A stretch of 63,989 bases of DNA, the filler included, from Piptocephalis cylindrospora (Eukaryota): the NCBI GenBank assembly GCA_003614145.1. It is 6 parts of 6 records of this genome, joined end to end, with 100 filler letters (N's around TTAATTAATTAA, not from the genome) between each part and the next. Parts side by side here need not be neighbours in the genome. Positions count along the whole stretch, not along the records: positions 33,937 to 45,022 come from KZ988009.1; positions 45,123 to 56,207 come from KZ988010.1; 4 more parts are not named here. The stretch is one strand, 5' to 3'. The position numbers and the translations under genes were made by a program. This document shows positions 36,057 through 48,658 of the stretch, in pieces (within the stretch, counting starts at the first letter, position 1; each line of letters opens with the position of its first letter). A model generated the notes under the pieces. The model did not search any database and was not told the DNA's origin. It was given only the letters and a program-made list of their open reading frames with translations.

Positions 36057-39000
36057 TCACCTTCCCTGGGGGAAAGATCTCACCTCGCCCTCGCCGCTAT
36101 TTTCCGCACTAGTGATGGGGGAGACGTCAAGGCCACCAGAGGCCCCTAGGTCCACAGGAGCACCGAGGCCGCTACCATGCCCAGACATCCAACCCTCTTC
36201 CTCCTCTTCTTCTTCCTCCTCCTGTCCTGCCTGCTCAGAGCCAGGCGGGACATCTCTAGATCGAGGAAGCGGTCTTCTCCCATCCCGACTATAGGAGCCA
36301 GGTTCCTCATCACTATCGTCCAGATCCAGACGGATGGAGACACCAGCAGTTGTGGACGGGTTGCTTATGGAAGGGGTTGAGCGGGAAGTGGGAGGAGTAG
36401 TCGTGGGGGTGGTGGTGGAAGTAGGGACCTTGGTCTCTTTACCCTCTTCTTCCCCAACCATATCCACTTGGGCAACCTCTCCTTGGCCGGGATCATTGAC
36501 AACCGTCACTCGGACAGGACGTGGTGCCAGAGTATCGGGATTAAGGGCATTAAGACTGGATGAATGGATCATGAGATCATCATCCTCTAGACCGGTCTGG
36601 AAGGGGCCATAGTCATCTTCACCGTCGTCATCATCATCCTCCTCCTCCTCCTTATCTTCTTCTTCTTCGTCTTCCTCCTCATCTTCATCATCAAAGCCAT
36701 CCATCCATGATCTGGATAGGCCAGATCCAGCGGGATGAGCCCCCTTACCCATTCCAATGCCTCCACCACCCCTTCTCCTCGCCTCTTCCTCCTCCTCTTC
36801 TTCTTCTTCTTCCTCATCCGAGGCGAAATCATCGGGAAGAGACGAGGCCATTTGATGACTGAGGTACCGACGGAATTGTTCAGCGGCCACTGAATCCCCA
36901 AGGATCCCGGCACTCCCTGCGCCAGTAGGATCATTGGGGCCGGCCAGACCTCCAAGGATACTGGGAAGGGGCGCCTGAGAGGAGCCGGATGAATCGGCCC
37001 CTGTGATTCCCCCTTGACCCTCCTCGACCCCTTCCCCATCCTCTCCTTCCCCTGTCCCAAGGGCCCCACGACCAAAATCACCCCCGGTCCCAATGAAGGA
37101 GGAGGGACCCGGGGCGAAAAAATCACTTGAACCTCCAGTCAGAGACTTGGAGGCGGTATCACCCCCCAGAGTAATACGATCCTTCTCCCGGGTCTCCCTT
37201 AGGGTGCCTTCAACATAGGCCTTCCACTCAGGATCCTCCACATACTCCTCCAAACCCAAGTCCTCCTTGGATCGTTCGAACAACCGGACAACCTGGTCGG
37301 CAATAAAGGTCAGATGACCCATGTAACCCAAACGAACCCCTCTGGGTTGCTCGGCCTCGTAGTCACATTGCCGTTGGGCCTGAGTGATGCGGTGGGAGAG
37401 ATGGCCATCCCGGAAGAGGGATTGAATGAGCCGAAGGTTACACGGGGTTTCTAGAGGGATGTTGAGGACCTGATGGACCATGTCGTAGACCACAGTGTGA
37501 AGAAAGTTATTCCACGGGAAGGAAAAAAAGAGATCCAAACAGGTGGGGAGGATGGCAGCGTGAATAAGCTGGGCCTTGAGGGCATCTCCCGGGGTGAGCG
37601 CCTTGCTCGATAGCGCTTCCTTGGATGCCGGTTCCTCTTCCTTGTCTAATTTATCCTCCTTGTCCGACTTTTCCTGACCCGGCTTGTCGCCCTTTTCCAA
37701 CTTTTCCTCCTCGACTCCCTTTGCCTTGGCCCCTTCCTTATTCCCATGGCCATCCTCCTCAGCCAAGGTCATATTCAACAAGGCCATGCTGGAAAGATGG
37801 AGGAGCTCGGCAAAAAGCTCACAAACCCGAAGACGCTCAAACCCCAAGGGAACCTGCTTGCCAACGGTAGTGTCCACGGGCTCAGGATGAAGCCGAGGAT
37901 GGAGAAGGAGATGTTGAAAGTCGACGAGACGATTGGAGAGGACGGTGATGAGGTCGGTAAGATCGACTTGTTGAGGAAAGCCGGAAAGGCCATTCCCAGT
38001 AGCTCCACTTCCCCCCTCGGCCTCAGACCCGGCTCCTCCGGTTCCACCTCCTGCAGGGGTCAAAAGACTCGAGCTTCCCTCCTCACCTTCACCATTGACC
38101 CCACTTACTCCTCCCTCCATACCTATGCCAGAGGCCAGCATATCCTCATCCATCTCGACATAATTCCTCCGGATGAGCTCAATGAAGATGGCTACCCCAT
38201 TGACCAGGGAAGAGGTGGCGTGAGGGGCCTTCGGATCCAGCATGTAATCCACGAGTTGACTCACCAACCGAGCGCTATGATGGGTAATATGAAGGTGAGT
38301 GAGCAGAAGGGATGACCCTCCCCCCGAACCAAAGATGGGCACCTTTTCAGCTCGGTGATCAGAGCATTGGTGCCGATGGAAGGAAGTTCCGGATTACTGC
38401 ATTGGGAGATGGTGATGATATCAAGGATAACTTGAGCGGCTGCGGCATGATCCTAAAAGAAAATAACGGTAAATAAATTCCCTTTTCCAAGAATCGCCCA
38501 ATCCACGCCAAGCATCCCATACTTACCTCAGGATCCTTATTGGGATCCAGCCCGGAGAGTAAGGCCTCCATGAGGCCTTGATCATTCAACCACTAAGGTA
38601 AAAAGGTAAGTGATTACATCGTATCGCGTCGATCATGTAAAGGTAAAAGAAGGGGACGTACTTCAACAGTACCAGCACCCTCGGGTAGCTCTTCGAGGGA
38701 AATAATCTTTAAAAGGAGATCCATTGCGGCTGAGGTGTTGATGTGATGGAGGAGATGATCCTGGACAAGGTTGGGGCGGGATCGAATGAAGGCGATGACA
38801 TCGGTGGTCCTACGCTGGAGGAGGACACCAACGACCTTGGAAAAGTGTTCGGCATAAAGAGGGTTGAGGGGGGCAGGGGCCTCGATGAAGGACCAAAAGG
38901 GGGCAAAGAGGGTGGAGAGATCATTACAGACGGTGTCGACAATATCCCAGATCTCGCAAGCAAAGATCTCAGAGGCAATGAAGGCATATCTCCGCATCCT

Positions 39001-39657
39001 CTCCTCATCCTCCTGAGTCCGGGAGATGTCCGGGGAAGAGGCATCCAGGGTAGGGTTGGTGACAGCAGGGGTCTCTTCGGCTGAGGTGGAGGAGGTGGGT
39101 TCGATCTCAGGGGCTGCGTCGGGTCCCTTGATCTGAGCATCCGTGCTGTCGGTACTGGACGGCGTCAAGTTATCTGGCGTTGTCGTATCCTTGTCCTTTG
39201 CAGGGTCAAGAGAGTCATGAGTCTCTGTCGTGGAGATGGTGTGAGTCGCGTCCTTTGATGTATCATTCCTCTCGGAAGAGGTCGTGTCCGCTTTTGAGTC
39301 AGAGGTACTTTCTGGATTGGAATCGTCACCAACTAGAGAAGCCCCATCCTCGGGCTTGACCTCGTCCTCTGCTTTGATCCCAGTCTCGGATGTGGCAGTG
39401 GATGGTGTTTTTTCTGTGGCGGCGGCGGCGGCGGCAGCGGCGCCTTGACTTTCTGGTACGATGCCGACAGCATAATCCAGAAGCTGGGAGATGATGTGAG
39501 GTTGGGAGAGGTAGTCGATGAGCCTAGGATTATGGGACTTGCACTCTTGCAAAAGGTCCTCCTCCAAAAGCAGGTGCTCCAGGGGGATGCGGTCAAAGGG
39601 CTGCTCCAGTATCTTGTCCACCTCGGACTGATTGTAAAAGCCGAGTCGGCGAAGCAT
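36057..39657 (-). CDS. SIT4/PP6 phosphatase regulatory subunit (SAPS domain; Sap185/Ekc1-like), multi-exon
   Basis: LLLEEDLLQECKSHNPRLIDYL, MDLLLKII, PLGFERLRVCELFAELLH, FFSFPWNNFLH, RLGYMGHLTFIA; acidic tail. Confidence 0.93.
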
Positions 39658-40726
39658 GATGGGGGGAGGAAGAGGGGGAGGGGGAGGGACAAAGGGTGTG
39701 GTTCTTTGGAAATGGGAAAGATGTAATCAAGAAAAAGGGGAGGAGGGGGATGAGGAGGAGGGGAAGGGAAGGGAAAAGGGCTGGAACAGCGGGAGCATAA
39801 AGAGTGAGAGGGGAGAGAGGGCGGAGAAAGGGAAGGATTTGGACGTGCCAAGGTAGTTAGGGTTTGGGTGGGGAGACGCCAGACAAGCCTCTGGGGCGAC
39901 AGACTGACTGGTCAGGAGAGTGAGAGAGGGCGAGGATAAAGAAGCCCCCGAGTAGGGGGGGCGGGGGTTTGTATGGGCGGTACAAGAGGGGGGAGGAGGG
40001 AGAGACGTGTGCAGTGTGAGAGAGGGAGGGAGGCATGCGTGTGCAGTAAGTGCGCATTCCTTGAGGCAACAGAAACATCTGTGCCCTGAAGCAGCTAGAG
40101 TGTCAAGCTCTGTAAGGATGTGTAAGGGCGGGAGTGGTCAAGTGCACCCGATGAAGATGGGGGAGAGGGTCTCCATACCAGGCCTAAAGAGGATGGGCTG
40201 GTACGATGCTTTCCTAGCCTCTCTCCTTTTGAATGACAATTGTCATGAATTAAAAGAGAATGCAAGAGGTCAAAAGCGCTCTCTCTCAAGGAGGTGAAGT
40301 AGTGTGGCCACACTTGCACAATCCATCTTTCATGCCCTTGCACCATGGCTTTCAGGCCAAGCGGAAGAGGAAGGGAAGGATGAATGGGCGGCTGATGGAT
40401 ATGTATTTGGCCAAGCGGCAAGGTAATGCCGCCCCACATGCGAGATGCAAGTCAAAAGTGCAAATACCATTTATTCCCATCGGGTCCTCATGCTGTGATT
40501 TTCCTCGGAGACAACAACCCCGCTTCATCGAATGACGAGGGGAGAGGGAAACAATCTGACAATTAGGAAGGACAAGTACATGTATCGGAAGAGAAAAGGT
40601 GGAGGAAACTGGATGGTCTCCCCCGTAAAAGGCAACGGAGAGCCTTGGAGAGAAGAGAAATGAGGAAATGAAAAAAAGACTGCACGCAAAGAAAGGTATG
40701 CCCTCGACAGGACATATTCAACCCCA

Positions 40727-43006
40727 CTACCGCCTTCGTCGACTGCCTGCTGCCGGGGCTGCTGCTCTGGGAGCACTGGCCGGTGCCCGTGCAGAGGTTG
40801 CAGAAGACGCGCCCCCCACGGAAGCTCCGCCTGCCCTTGCACCTGCGGCAGTCCCCGACGATGCTGCTGCTCCACCACCACCGGGAGCGAGAGGAACCGA
40901 TCCAACAATCACATCATCTGACCCAGTACCAGCCCCGGTTCCAGCTCCTGCCCCTGCCTCTGCTCCAATTCCGCCCATCAGCTGAATCAGCCCGGGGATG
41001 GCGGCGAGAGAGGATGCAGTAAAGGGGCAGGTTACATCAAACTTGCCCGAGATTGATGGATGCTTCCCCGTCCAATCAGTCAGGGGGAGGGAGATGTCCG
41101 CGCGGTACGATAGGGGAAGCTTGGCACTAGAGGATACACATACAGCCATGGCTTCCTTGGCTGCGGCAGCCCCCCCAGGGTGCCCGAAATCATAAGACAG
41201 AACAAAGGGAAGGGAGAACGGGGTGAGAGCCCGGGCAGCCAGGGATATCCCACGAGCAAGACCCCCGGTTCCTATCTCGACTGGGGAGGTCTGGCCCTGG
41301 GGAAGCGTGTAGCCAGTGACAGTGATGTTCCCCACCTGGAAGGGAATGTAATTGGGACTTTGGGCCACAAAGGACAGGTTGACAGGGAGAGTTAGGATGG
41401 ACCCTGTTACTCGGGGCTCCATCCGGCTCCCAGGCTTCCCAGGTTTCGCTCCTACCAGAACCACCTCAGGGTATCGAGGCCAAAGGACATAAATCATAGC
41501 AGCAAGAGCGCCAATGAGCAGGAATCCAAGGACAAGACAAATAATCCGGTTTCGTCGTCGCATGGGTCGTAGGCAGAAACAGCCGCAGCACAGACAGCAG
41601 CAACAAAAGAGCTTCTTCTTCCACCCAGCATCCTCCGATTTTCCTCCCCACCACTTCCTGCCCCCTCCTTGGACTTTCCCCTTGCCTGACCCATTCATAG
41701 AGTCGGTCAGGGGGGAGACATAGGCAGCCGAGGAAGGAGGTCGTTGTGGCATAGAAGGAGGCGGGGGTGGAGGAGGAGGGGGTCGATGATAGACCACATC
41801 AGATCCATCCTCCTTACTCTCCCCAACCCCAAGGCGACCCTTAATGCCTTGGAATCCTGCTTGAAACTTGCCCATCCAGCCACCATCCGTAACACCAGTC
41901 TCCTCCCCACCCATCCGTCCAGGCCGATTGTTCATGTTGTTGAGGGTAGTATAGTGGATGGGGGGAGAGGCGGGTCCGCCCCGATAATCCTCATCCCCCC
42001 GACCGGGTATTTGAATGCGCGTGCTCGACCGTCGTCGCATCCCTCCATCCCATCCTGTGCCACCACCGCCACCACCGCCCCGGCCAGGCCCTCCCCCATA
42101 CCGTCCCCGGGGGGAGGTAGGGTTACCCCGATAGGCCCCCATCCCACTACTACTCCTTCGCCTTGCCATACCCCGACCCGTCCCGGTCCGCTCCAAGGGA
42201 CCAGGGGTAGGTCGTGTGTGCGAGCTCCTGCGCCGATTACGCAGCCCAACTCGTCCCTCCTCTGGAGAAGGAGCGGGCTCAGACCCGGGCTTGGACCCAA
42301 ACCCCCAATCATTCTTCTTTGTCCCGTCTGTCTGGCCACCCCCACCCAACTTGCCAAACATTCCCCAGATTCCCCCGCCCGCCGGCCCTCCCGTCTCTGG
42401 ATTGGTCATCTTTCCACCCACGGGGTAGGAGGATCGCCGACGTAGATTTCGTTGACGTTGACTCTCCTCTCTACGTAGGTTGACACCGCGATCGGATGAT
42501 GCCCCCTGCTTCACCTCATCTCCTTTTCCGTACCCCAGATAGCCCCAGATCCCCCCACCACCCTTGTCTTCACTCCCGCCCCCGTTCCCCTTATTCCCGT
42601 TACCATTCCCACCACCATCCCCAGCCTGTCGATAGTATGAAAAGGCCGAGGAAGCCGAGGAGGATCTTCGTCCTCGGTAGGGGACGGGAGAAGGAGATCG
42701 CGGGAGCCCTCGACCAAACCTACCCCGGGTCAGGGAGCGGGATCGACGTCGCTCGAGCGGGTCAACCCGTCGCACTGGAGATCCGGGAGGAGAGGGAGAT
42801 GGTTGACGACGGCCCCGACCAAATCCTCGCGTATCCTGATCCTCCCACCCATTTCGGACTCGACGCCCGGCCATCCCATACATGTCTTCCAGGTCGGTGT
42901 CCGAATCCTCGGACATGCCCCGGGCCCTACGGCCCCTACCCCCTTCCCCAAACCGTGGTGGAGGGGAGGGGGACCGCGAGGGAGGGCCGCGGTATCGGTA
43001 AGCCAT
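40727..43006 (-). CDS. Single-pass membrane protein with LEA_2-like luminal domain
   Basis: Gly/Arg/Ser-rich disordered N-terminus, Cys cluster, TM helix ending WPRYP, beta-rich domain with SPNYIPF. Confidence 0.65.
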   Translation of the reverse strand: MAYRYRGPPSRSPSPPPRFGEGGRGRRARGMSEDSDTDLEDMYGMAGRRVRNGWEDQDTRGFGRGRRQPSPSPPGSPVRRVDPLERRRSRSLTRGRFGRGLPRSPSPVPYRGRRSSSASSAFSYYRQAGDGGGNGNGNKGNGGGSEDKGGGGIWGYLGYGKGDEVKQGASSDRGVNLRREESQRQRNLRRRSSYPVGGKMTNPETGGPAGGGIWGMFGKLGGGGQTDGTKKNDWGFGSKPGSEPAPSPEEGRVGLRNRRRSSHTRPTPGPLERTGTGRGMARRRSSSGMGAYRGNPTSPRGRYGGGPGRGGGGGGGTGWDGGMRRRSSTRIQIPGRGDEDYRGGPASPPIHYTTLNNMNNRPGRMGGEETGVTDGGWMGKFQAGFQGIKGRLGVGESKEDGSDVVYHRPPPPPPPPPSMPQRPPSSAAYVSPLTDSMNGSGKGKVQGGGRKWWGGKSEDAGWKKKLFCCCCLCCGCFCLRPMRRRNRIICLVLGFLLIGALAAMIYVLWPRYPEVVLVGAKPGKPGSRMEPRVTGSILTLPVNLSFVAQSPNYIPFQVGNITVTGYTLPQGQTSPVEIGTGGLARGISLAARALTPFSLPFVLSYDFGHPGGAAAAKEAMAVCVSSSAKLPLSYRADISLPLTDWTGKHPSISGKFDVTCPFTASSLAAIPGLIQLMGGIGAEAGAGAGTGAGTGSDDVIVGSVPLAPGGGGAAASSGTAAGARAGGASVGGASSATSARAPASAPRAAAPAAGSRRRR

Positions 43007-43956
43007 GGACAGTGGGGCCGACGGAGTTCAGTCGTTGCTACTGTGAGGTGGAATTGGGAGTGAAGCTAGGGGAGAGGAAGAGGAAAGGGGAAGAAAACGA
43101 GATGATGGGGTGTGAGCCAGCACGGATGCAAGAAGAGTCTATAATGGGAGAAGGAGACTGGATTGGGGAGATAAACGAGGGAGGGTGGAAGGGGGAGGGG
43201 AGTGTGGACGAGCAATGCCGAGGAGAAGTGGATGGATCAGGCGAAAGGAAGGAAAAACAAATGGTCTGACCCAGGAAAGGAGCGTGGGGAGGAAAGGTCG
43301 TGCACGAAAGAGGGCGATGGGAGGGATGAAGGGAAGAGCAGGGTGGAAGGGGGAGAGAGAGGAAAGAAAGTCAGCGTCAAAGGGAGCCAAGAATGGGTGG
43401 AAGAAGGGGGAAAGAAAGGGAGGAAGAAGGGCAGAGAGGCCAGTGTGGCGAGGGAGAGAAATAGTCGGAGTGGAAATGAATTAGGTCAAGGGAGAATTAG
43501 GAAGGGAGAGACAAATCGGAGTCGGGAAATCTGGTGGTGGTGACTAGCCAACCAAGACAGTATCGGTAGCACCTTTTACTGGGAACAGCGGGGATGAACG
43601 CAATGTGAGTGGAAATCCAAAGGAGCGGAGCTTCAATACCCGTCTTGACTACTTGGTCAGATAGATCAGGCAGGCGGCTTGGCTAAGTAAATGTGTGTAT
43701 TGAAAGGGGGGAATAAGGGTCCATACACACAGCAGCAGTGTAGTGAAAGAAGGGACAGGGCAGGAAAGGCTAGACTCCGCCGCCACAGGTCAAACTTGTC
43801 TTTTACACTCCGCATCCATGCCTTCCTTCTCGGGGTTTTCACCTTCTTGATACATCCAAATGATGTCAAGGGTGCTGTTCATAGTGAAGGAAGGTGGAAG
43901 GATAATTACCCGGCAGCGATGTCATGCCAAGGTGGGAGATAAGATATCCCACTATG

Positions 43957-45022
43957 CTAATCTTCTTCTCCATGATCCATATCCTGCTCTTCAATCCCAT
44001 CCTCTCCTTCACCACGCCGCTTCATTCCCTTTCCCAGGAGGACGGCTTGACCCTGTTCACCAAACCCTTGTAGATACTCTCGAATGAGCTTGTCGCGTAG
44101 ACTGGGATCATACCCCATGAGATGGTACCTAGCATCCTCCTAATGTACAGGCATCAATGAAAGATAAGAGATGAGAAATAACACACACCCTCCTCACACA
44201 TCCATAATCATCTGTAGCACTTACCTCAAGAACACGGTGAATACCAGAAAGATCCAGCCCTCCCTCCTTGAGCCAATAGGTCAGCATCTTGCTCTCTTGA
44301 AGCATAAAAGTCAGCGCTTCTTGGGCCTTGGCGCGTCGTTTGGACATGTACCGATGGAAGAGGGGCTCCAGAGCCTGGGGAGAGCCATCTGGGGCCAAGG
44401 GAAGACTCTGGAGGAGTGCACGATCTCCCTCAAGCGCGCCCTTCACCTCATCCCAAGATATCCCAAGGGAGGACCCAACCACACGATCCAGCCGTCTTTC
44501 CACGTCAGCCCGCTGACGTTGGGTCTTTTCCATACAATAGGACTCCCAGACGTCCTCGACCCCAGATTTACCCAATATCCTTTCATATCGCTCTTTCCCC
44601 CGTCGCTCCAGTCCTTGAAGGAGGGTATGGATGGGGATCTATTGATTCGTACGGAGAAGGAAAGTACATGAGTTGATTTCCCTTTTTTTTATGCCATGTC
44701 CATGGAACGACAAGACGCAATACTTACATCGATGGAGGGGCCCATCTCCACTAAAAAGGTCATCAGATCTTGCTCGGCCTCGGTCTTTTCGTAAGCCCCT
44801 CTCCCTTTTCGTCTCTCCCATCCCAGCCTCCCCTGCTTCTTCCTCACTTCCTCCTCCCTTTCCCTAAGACTTCTCTCCACACTAAGCGGAATCGAACAGT
44901 GCTGTGAGTAAAAAAAAAGCATGCCAAAGGATCATACAAGATGCAACCTACCGATCAACCTCCTCTCCTCCCTTCCCTTGCTCCTCCTCTGAGAGGGATG
45001 AGGTATAATTGAAAAAGAGAGA
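43957..45022 (-). CDS. FF-domain protein (TCERG1/Tcg1-like), 3' exons only
   Basis: ISWDEVKGALEGD..LFHRYM, AQEALTFMLQESKML, last exon EDARYHLMGYDPSLRDKLIREYL, resembling the terminal TCERG1 FF repeats. Confidence 0.6.
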
Positions 45023-45122
45023 NNNNNNNNNNNNNNNNNNNNNNNNNNNNNNNNNNNNNNNNNNNNTTAATTAATTAANNNNNNNNNNNNNNNNNNNNNN
45101 NNNNNNNNNNNNNNNNNNNNNN
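45023..45122. other. Artificial contig linker
   Basis: 44 N + ttaattaattaa + 44 N. Confidence 0.99.
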
Positions 45123-45909
45123 GAAACTGTACTTGTCCCCTCCCGCTTCCCCTGAGCAGGAACCTGTAGTGGCAGGAATAGCCAGCACCACTCAGCCTCT
45201 TACTCAAACTTCCTCGAGAGCTAATCCCCCTACCCCCCCACAAACAGGTTTTGCGGGTTTTGCCTTTGTTAACCCCCCCCCCAAAACCCAAACCGGAAAA
45301 AGGGGGGGGGGGAGGGGGGGAGGCTAAGTGGTGCGACACATATACCTGTAGAAGTAGGGATCCTGTGTATTTAACTGTTTCATTCTTCCTTCTCGGCGTA
45401 GGTGCCAAAACTCCGAGCTCAAATCCACTAGCCAATGGAAGCGGATATGTTTCAAAAGTACTGTTCTAGAACTCCGTCCCTCGGCGGAGTATGAAACTTT
45501 AAACATTCGGCGATCTAAAAAGAAGGGTCCCTCCCTCCTCATTCTTCCTCTCGAAAAGACCCAGAGTGCGTTCAAGGTCAACATGGAGATGTACGACTAA
45601 GCGCTCGCATCTCTGAAACCGGGAGGCGTGGTGACAGCTCTGACCAACTCCTCCACCCTTTCCAACGGAGAGAGGTTTCATTGTCTTTTTCAAAAGGTAT
45701 AAAGGATGGACCATTCAAGGTATGTCCATCATCAATCCACCTTTTTTCTCCATACTCCATCAGCTCTTCCTCCCCACCATCACTTCGCTTTACGCCACGA
45801 AACGAACCTCCCGGTTTGATTTTACCAACTCTCCAGGTCCTTCACGACGCCATACCTGCATTGTCACGCTACGAAATAACCTTGCCCTTTTTCAGATCAC
45901 ACACTTATC

Positions 45910-47997
45910 ATGAAGGCCGTTCACTTGATCACGGCCATATCTCTGGCTTTTGTAAGCATTGTATGGGCCGTAAAACCACAATCCTCGCCCATAAATACAG
46001 CACCTTCGTCTGTTGATGTGGATTCCTCTGGATTAGACTCAGCCATATCGGCCATTATCCGCATTAATAATGCAGTAAGTATGCGGAATCCAAAACTTCA
46101 TAGGAGTTACCTTGCATATAAAAATGGTCTCACTCTCTTCATCCATGATCCTTAGGAAGCAATTTACGGAATGATCAAAGATGATGACTTCCAAAAAACC
46201 ATACAAGATCGTTCTTCTCTCCTACACCTATACGACCTTCCTCGAACTATTCCCAACTTCCGTAGTGTTACCAAGGAGGGCTCAAACGGGAATATGGGCG
46301 ATTTCATTTCCACCCGAGATCTGGGATATTATGCATCTGGGTATGATAGCCATCTGCATATATGTAGATGGTCTATGGTCGTCATGACCAAAGGCCAATT
46401 CCCCACGACCTTCCCACCTCGCATCTCCCAAACTTTCCTCCAGTTCAAAGGTAGGAAGTCCTGGAGTGATATATACACGGATGTGGAAAATTCATTAAAG
46501 GCTGCCAAAAAACATTCCACACGGGGCCCTGCCTTGGATGAAACGTCGTTCAACACCTTCAACCGTGGGCACATGGTCGGCGTAGCGGACGTGGCTGGTA
46601 TATCCCAAAAAACTTCCGATCAAACCCTGCTCAATCGTGGCACCTTTTTCATGGATAACGTTGTCCCGCAGCTCATCCAGTTCAACGATGGTGCTTGGCG
46701 TGTTTTTGAGGAGTCGATTCGTATCATCTCCAATGAGATGAACGTTCTCTGGGTCATCTCTGGGCCGGTGGTTCGCGGTAAAGAAGCTCCGCCAAAAAAA
46801 TCCTTCTTACCCTCGGCTTACTTTAAGATCCTGCTGGGCATCAAGGACGGCGAATTTTATGTTGGAATAATCGAAGTGCCGAAGGACTTTGTACTTGATT
46901 CTACCGCCTCAAACTGGCACCAGTGGAGGCGCCAATCTGAAGAGCTTCCTCCCCGGCCCAAGACTGCAATCCCCTACCCTAAATTGCTTTTGCCAATCAA
47001 ACCTTTCCCTAAACTCAGAAATGCCCTGAAGGAAAATGGTAGGACACTCAATGACATCTGGGAAGCCTTTGACTGGGATGAGACGATCAAGAAACGTTGG
47101 GAGGAGATCCAGAAATCGCAGAGGAGACGCCAAAGTAATAGTACGGGTCATGCCAAAACGCTGGCTCGTTCTAGTACTGCTCCTGCTGTTCCATCTCAAC
47201 CCCGCCGAGGTCCCTTGACTAGATCTCCCGGATCGCCGATTGAGTCCCCTGTCACCCCATCTTCCAAGCATCATTCCTCAAGCCGTAGCAGAACCTCCCC
47301 GGCCCCGCCCTCCAACAATGATTTTCCCCCTCTTTCCGGCGCCGTATCCTCGTCCCAACGTCCTAACTCTGTCAAGGCCAATCGTAACAAAAAACTTAGC
47401 CGTTCCTTTACCGCGCCTGTTGAGCCAGTTAATCACGATATCAGAGCATCCCCATCCTCCCAATTACCGGTTGAATCCATGACCCCTCCACCAAAGTCTG
47501 AAAAGAAGCCCTTGTCCGTATCCATTCCTCCTCCTGAGGAAGATGATGATGGCTTATATTATCGACTTTCCCCGGGCCCGCCCTCTCCTCGGCCCAGGCG
47601 AAACCGTGCAAACCCGGGTCAAAGCTCTCAAGCCACCTCATCTCATACTGATACAGCCCCCTTCCCTGATTCTCTGGCCTCTCTCTCATCTACTAGATCT
47701 ATGAGTAAACAGGATATGATGAAGCTTCCCCCGCACTACCCAAGTCCCCCTGGTCGCTCCTCTGACAATCACATTATATCCCAAGGTCGCAGAGGCAATC
47801 GCGGCCAAAAAGGAAAAACGAGAGGTACGCCGAAACGGGCGTCCAGTGCCCCGTTGAATGACGATCAGTCTAGTCCGTCCTCGAATGAATATCCGCCCCT
47901 TCCTTCCAGACGAACGAGTGATCCGCTCCCCAAGGAACACAAGCAGTCGGTAATAACCCGTTCCCACACCGCTCCGGTCCAACGTCCGCGTCAATGA
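45910..47997 (+). CDS. Secreted DNA/RNA non-specific endonuclease (NucA/EndoG family) with long disordered C-tail, 668 aa, 2 exons
   Basis: Exon 1 (45910-46074) has signal MKAVHLITAISLAFVSIVWA; intron gtaagt..ttag at 46075-46155 keeps frame; catalytic motifs NRGHM and TFFMDNVVPQ..FNDGAWRVFEESIR, plus WVISGP and PSAYFKI. Confidence 0.9.
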
Positions 47998-48658
47998 CTC
48001 CCCTCCAAATGACTCAATTGATATTCCAATCTTTCCTATGTATTGTTATTCCCAAAGACCATCCGTCCTGCGTCTCTTCTAGTGTCCTTTCCTTTGAAAG
48101 TGTGTTAGGCTCTCTTTTTTCGTAGTCATTATTGATTCTAAATAGAAATCTTTATTGATCGTAATTACTCCATGATGAATATGCTCGATCCAGGCAATAA
48201 TAATGCAAGTATATACCTATATAGGCATGTTATAGATTAGATACATATGAAATGTCAAAGTCAGTAAAAATACACGAAGCTTGATTATAGGTCTTTAAGC
48301 ATCCTATAGACAGAGATATCCAAGCATTGTCATGGTCGGATCAAGCCTATACTTTCAACACCATTCTGTAAATCTCCGGCGCATACCTAATGATGGGTCA
48401 TGCGTTCTAACAGCCCCAATTATCCAGTATCTTTTCAAGACATATCCATCCCACTTAGAGTCTCATAGTATATACTGGAAAGTTCGTGCAGTTTATCCTA
48501 TTGGTTAAGTATCCGACCGTGGAAACTCCTACTGAGCCCCACCACACCAGATTGCCAAGATTCTTCAATACCTCCGCTTCCTCTTTCCTCCACATTCCCA
48601 TCCAACAGTGAGACCCCCTCTGCAGAAACTTTCATCTCCTAATAAACACACCAAGATC

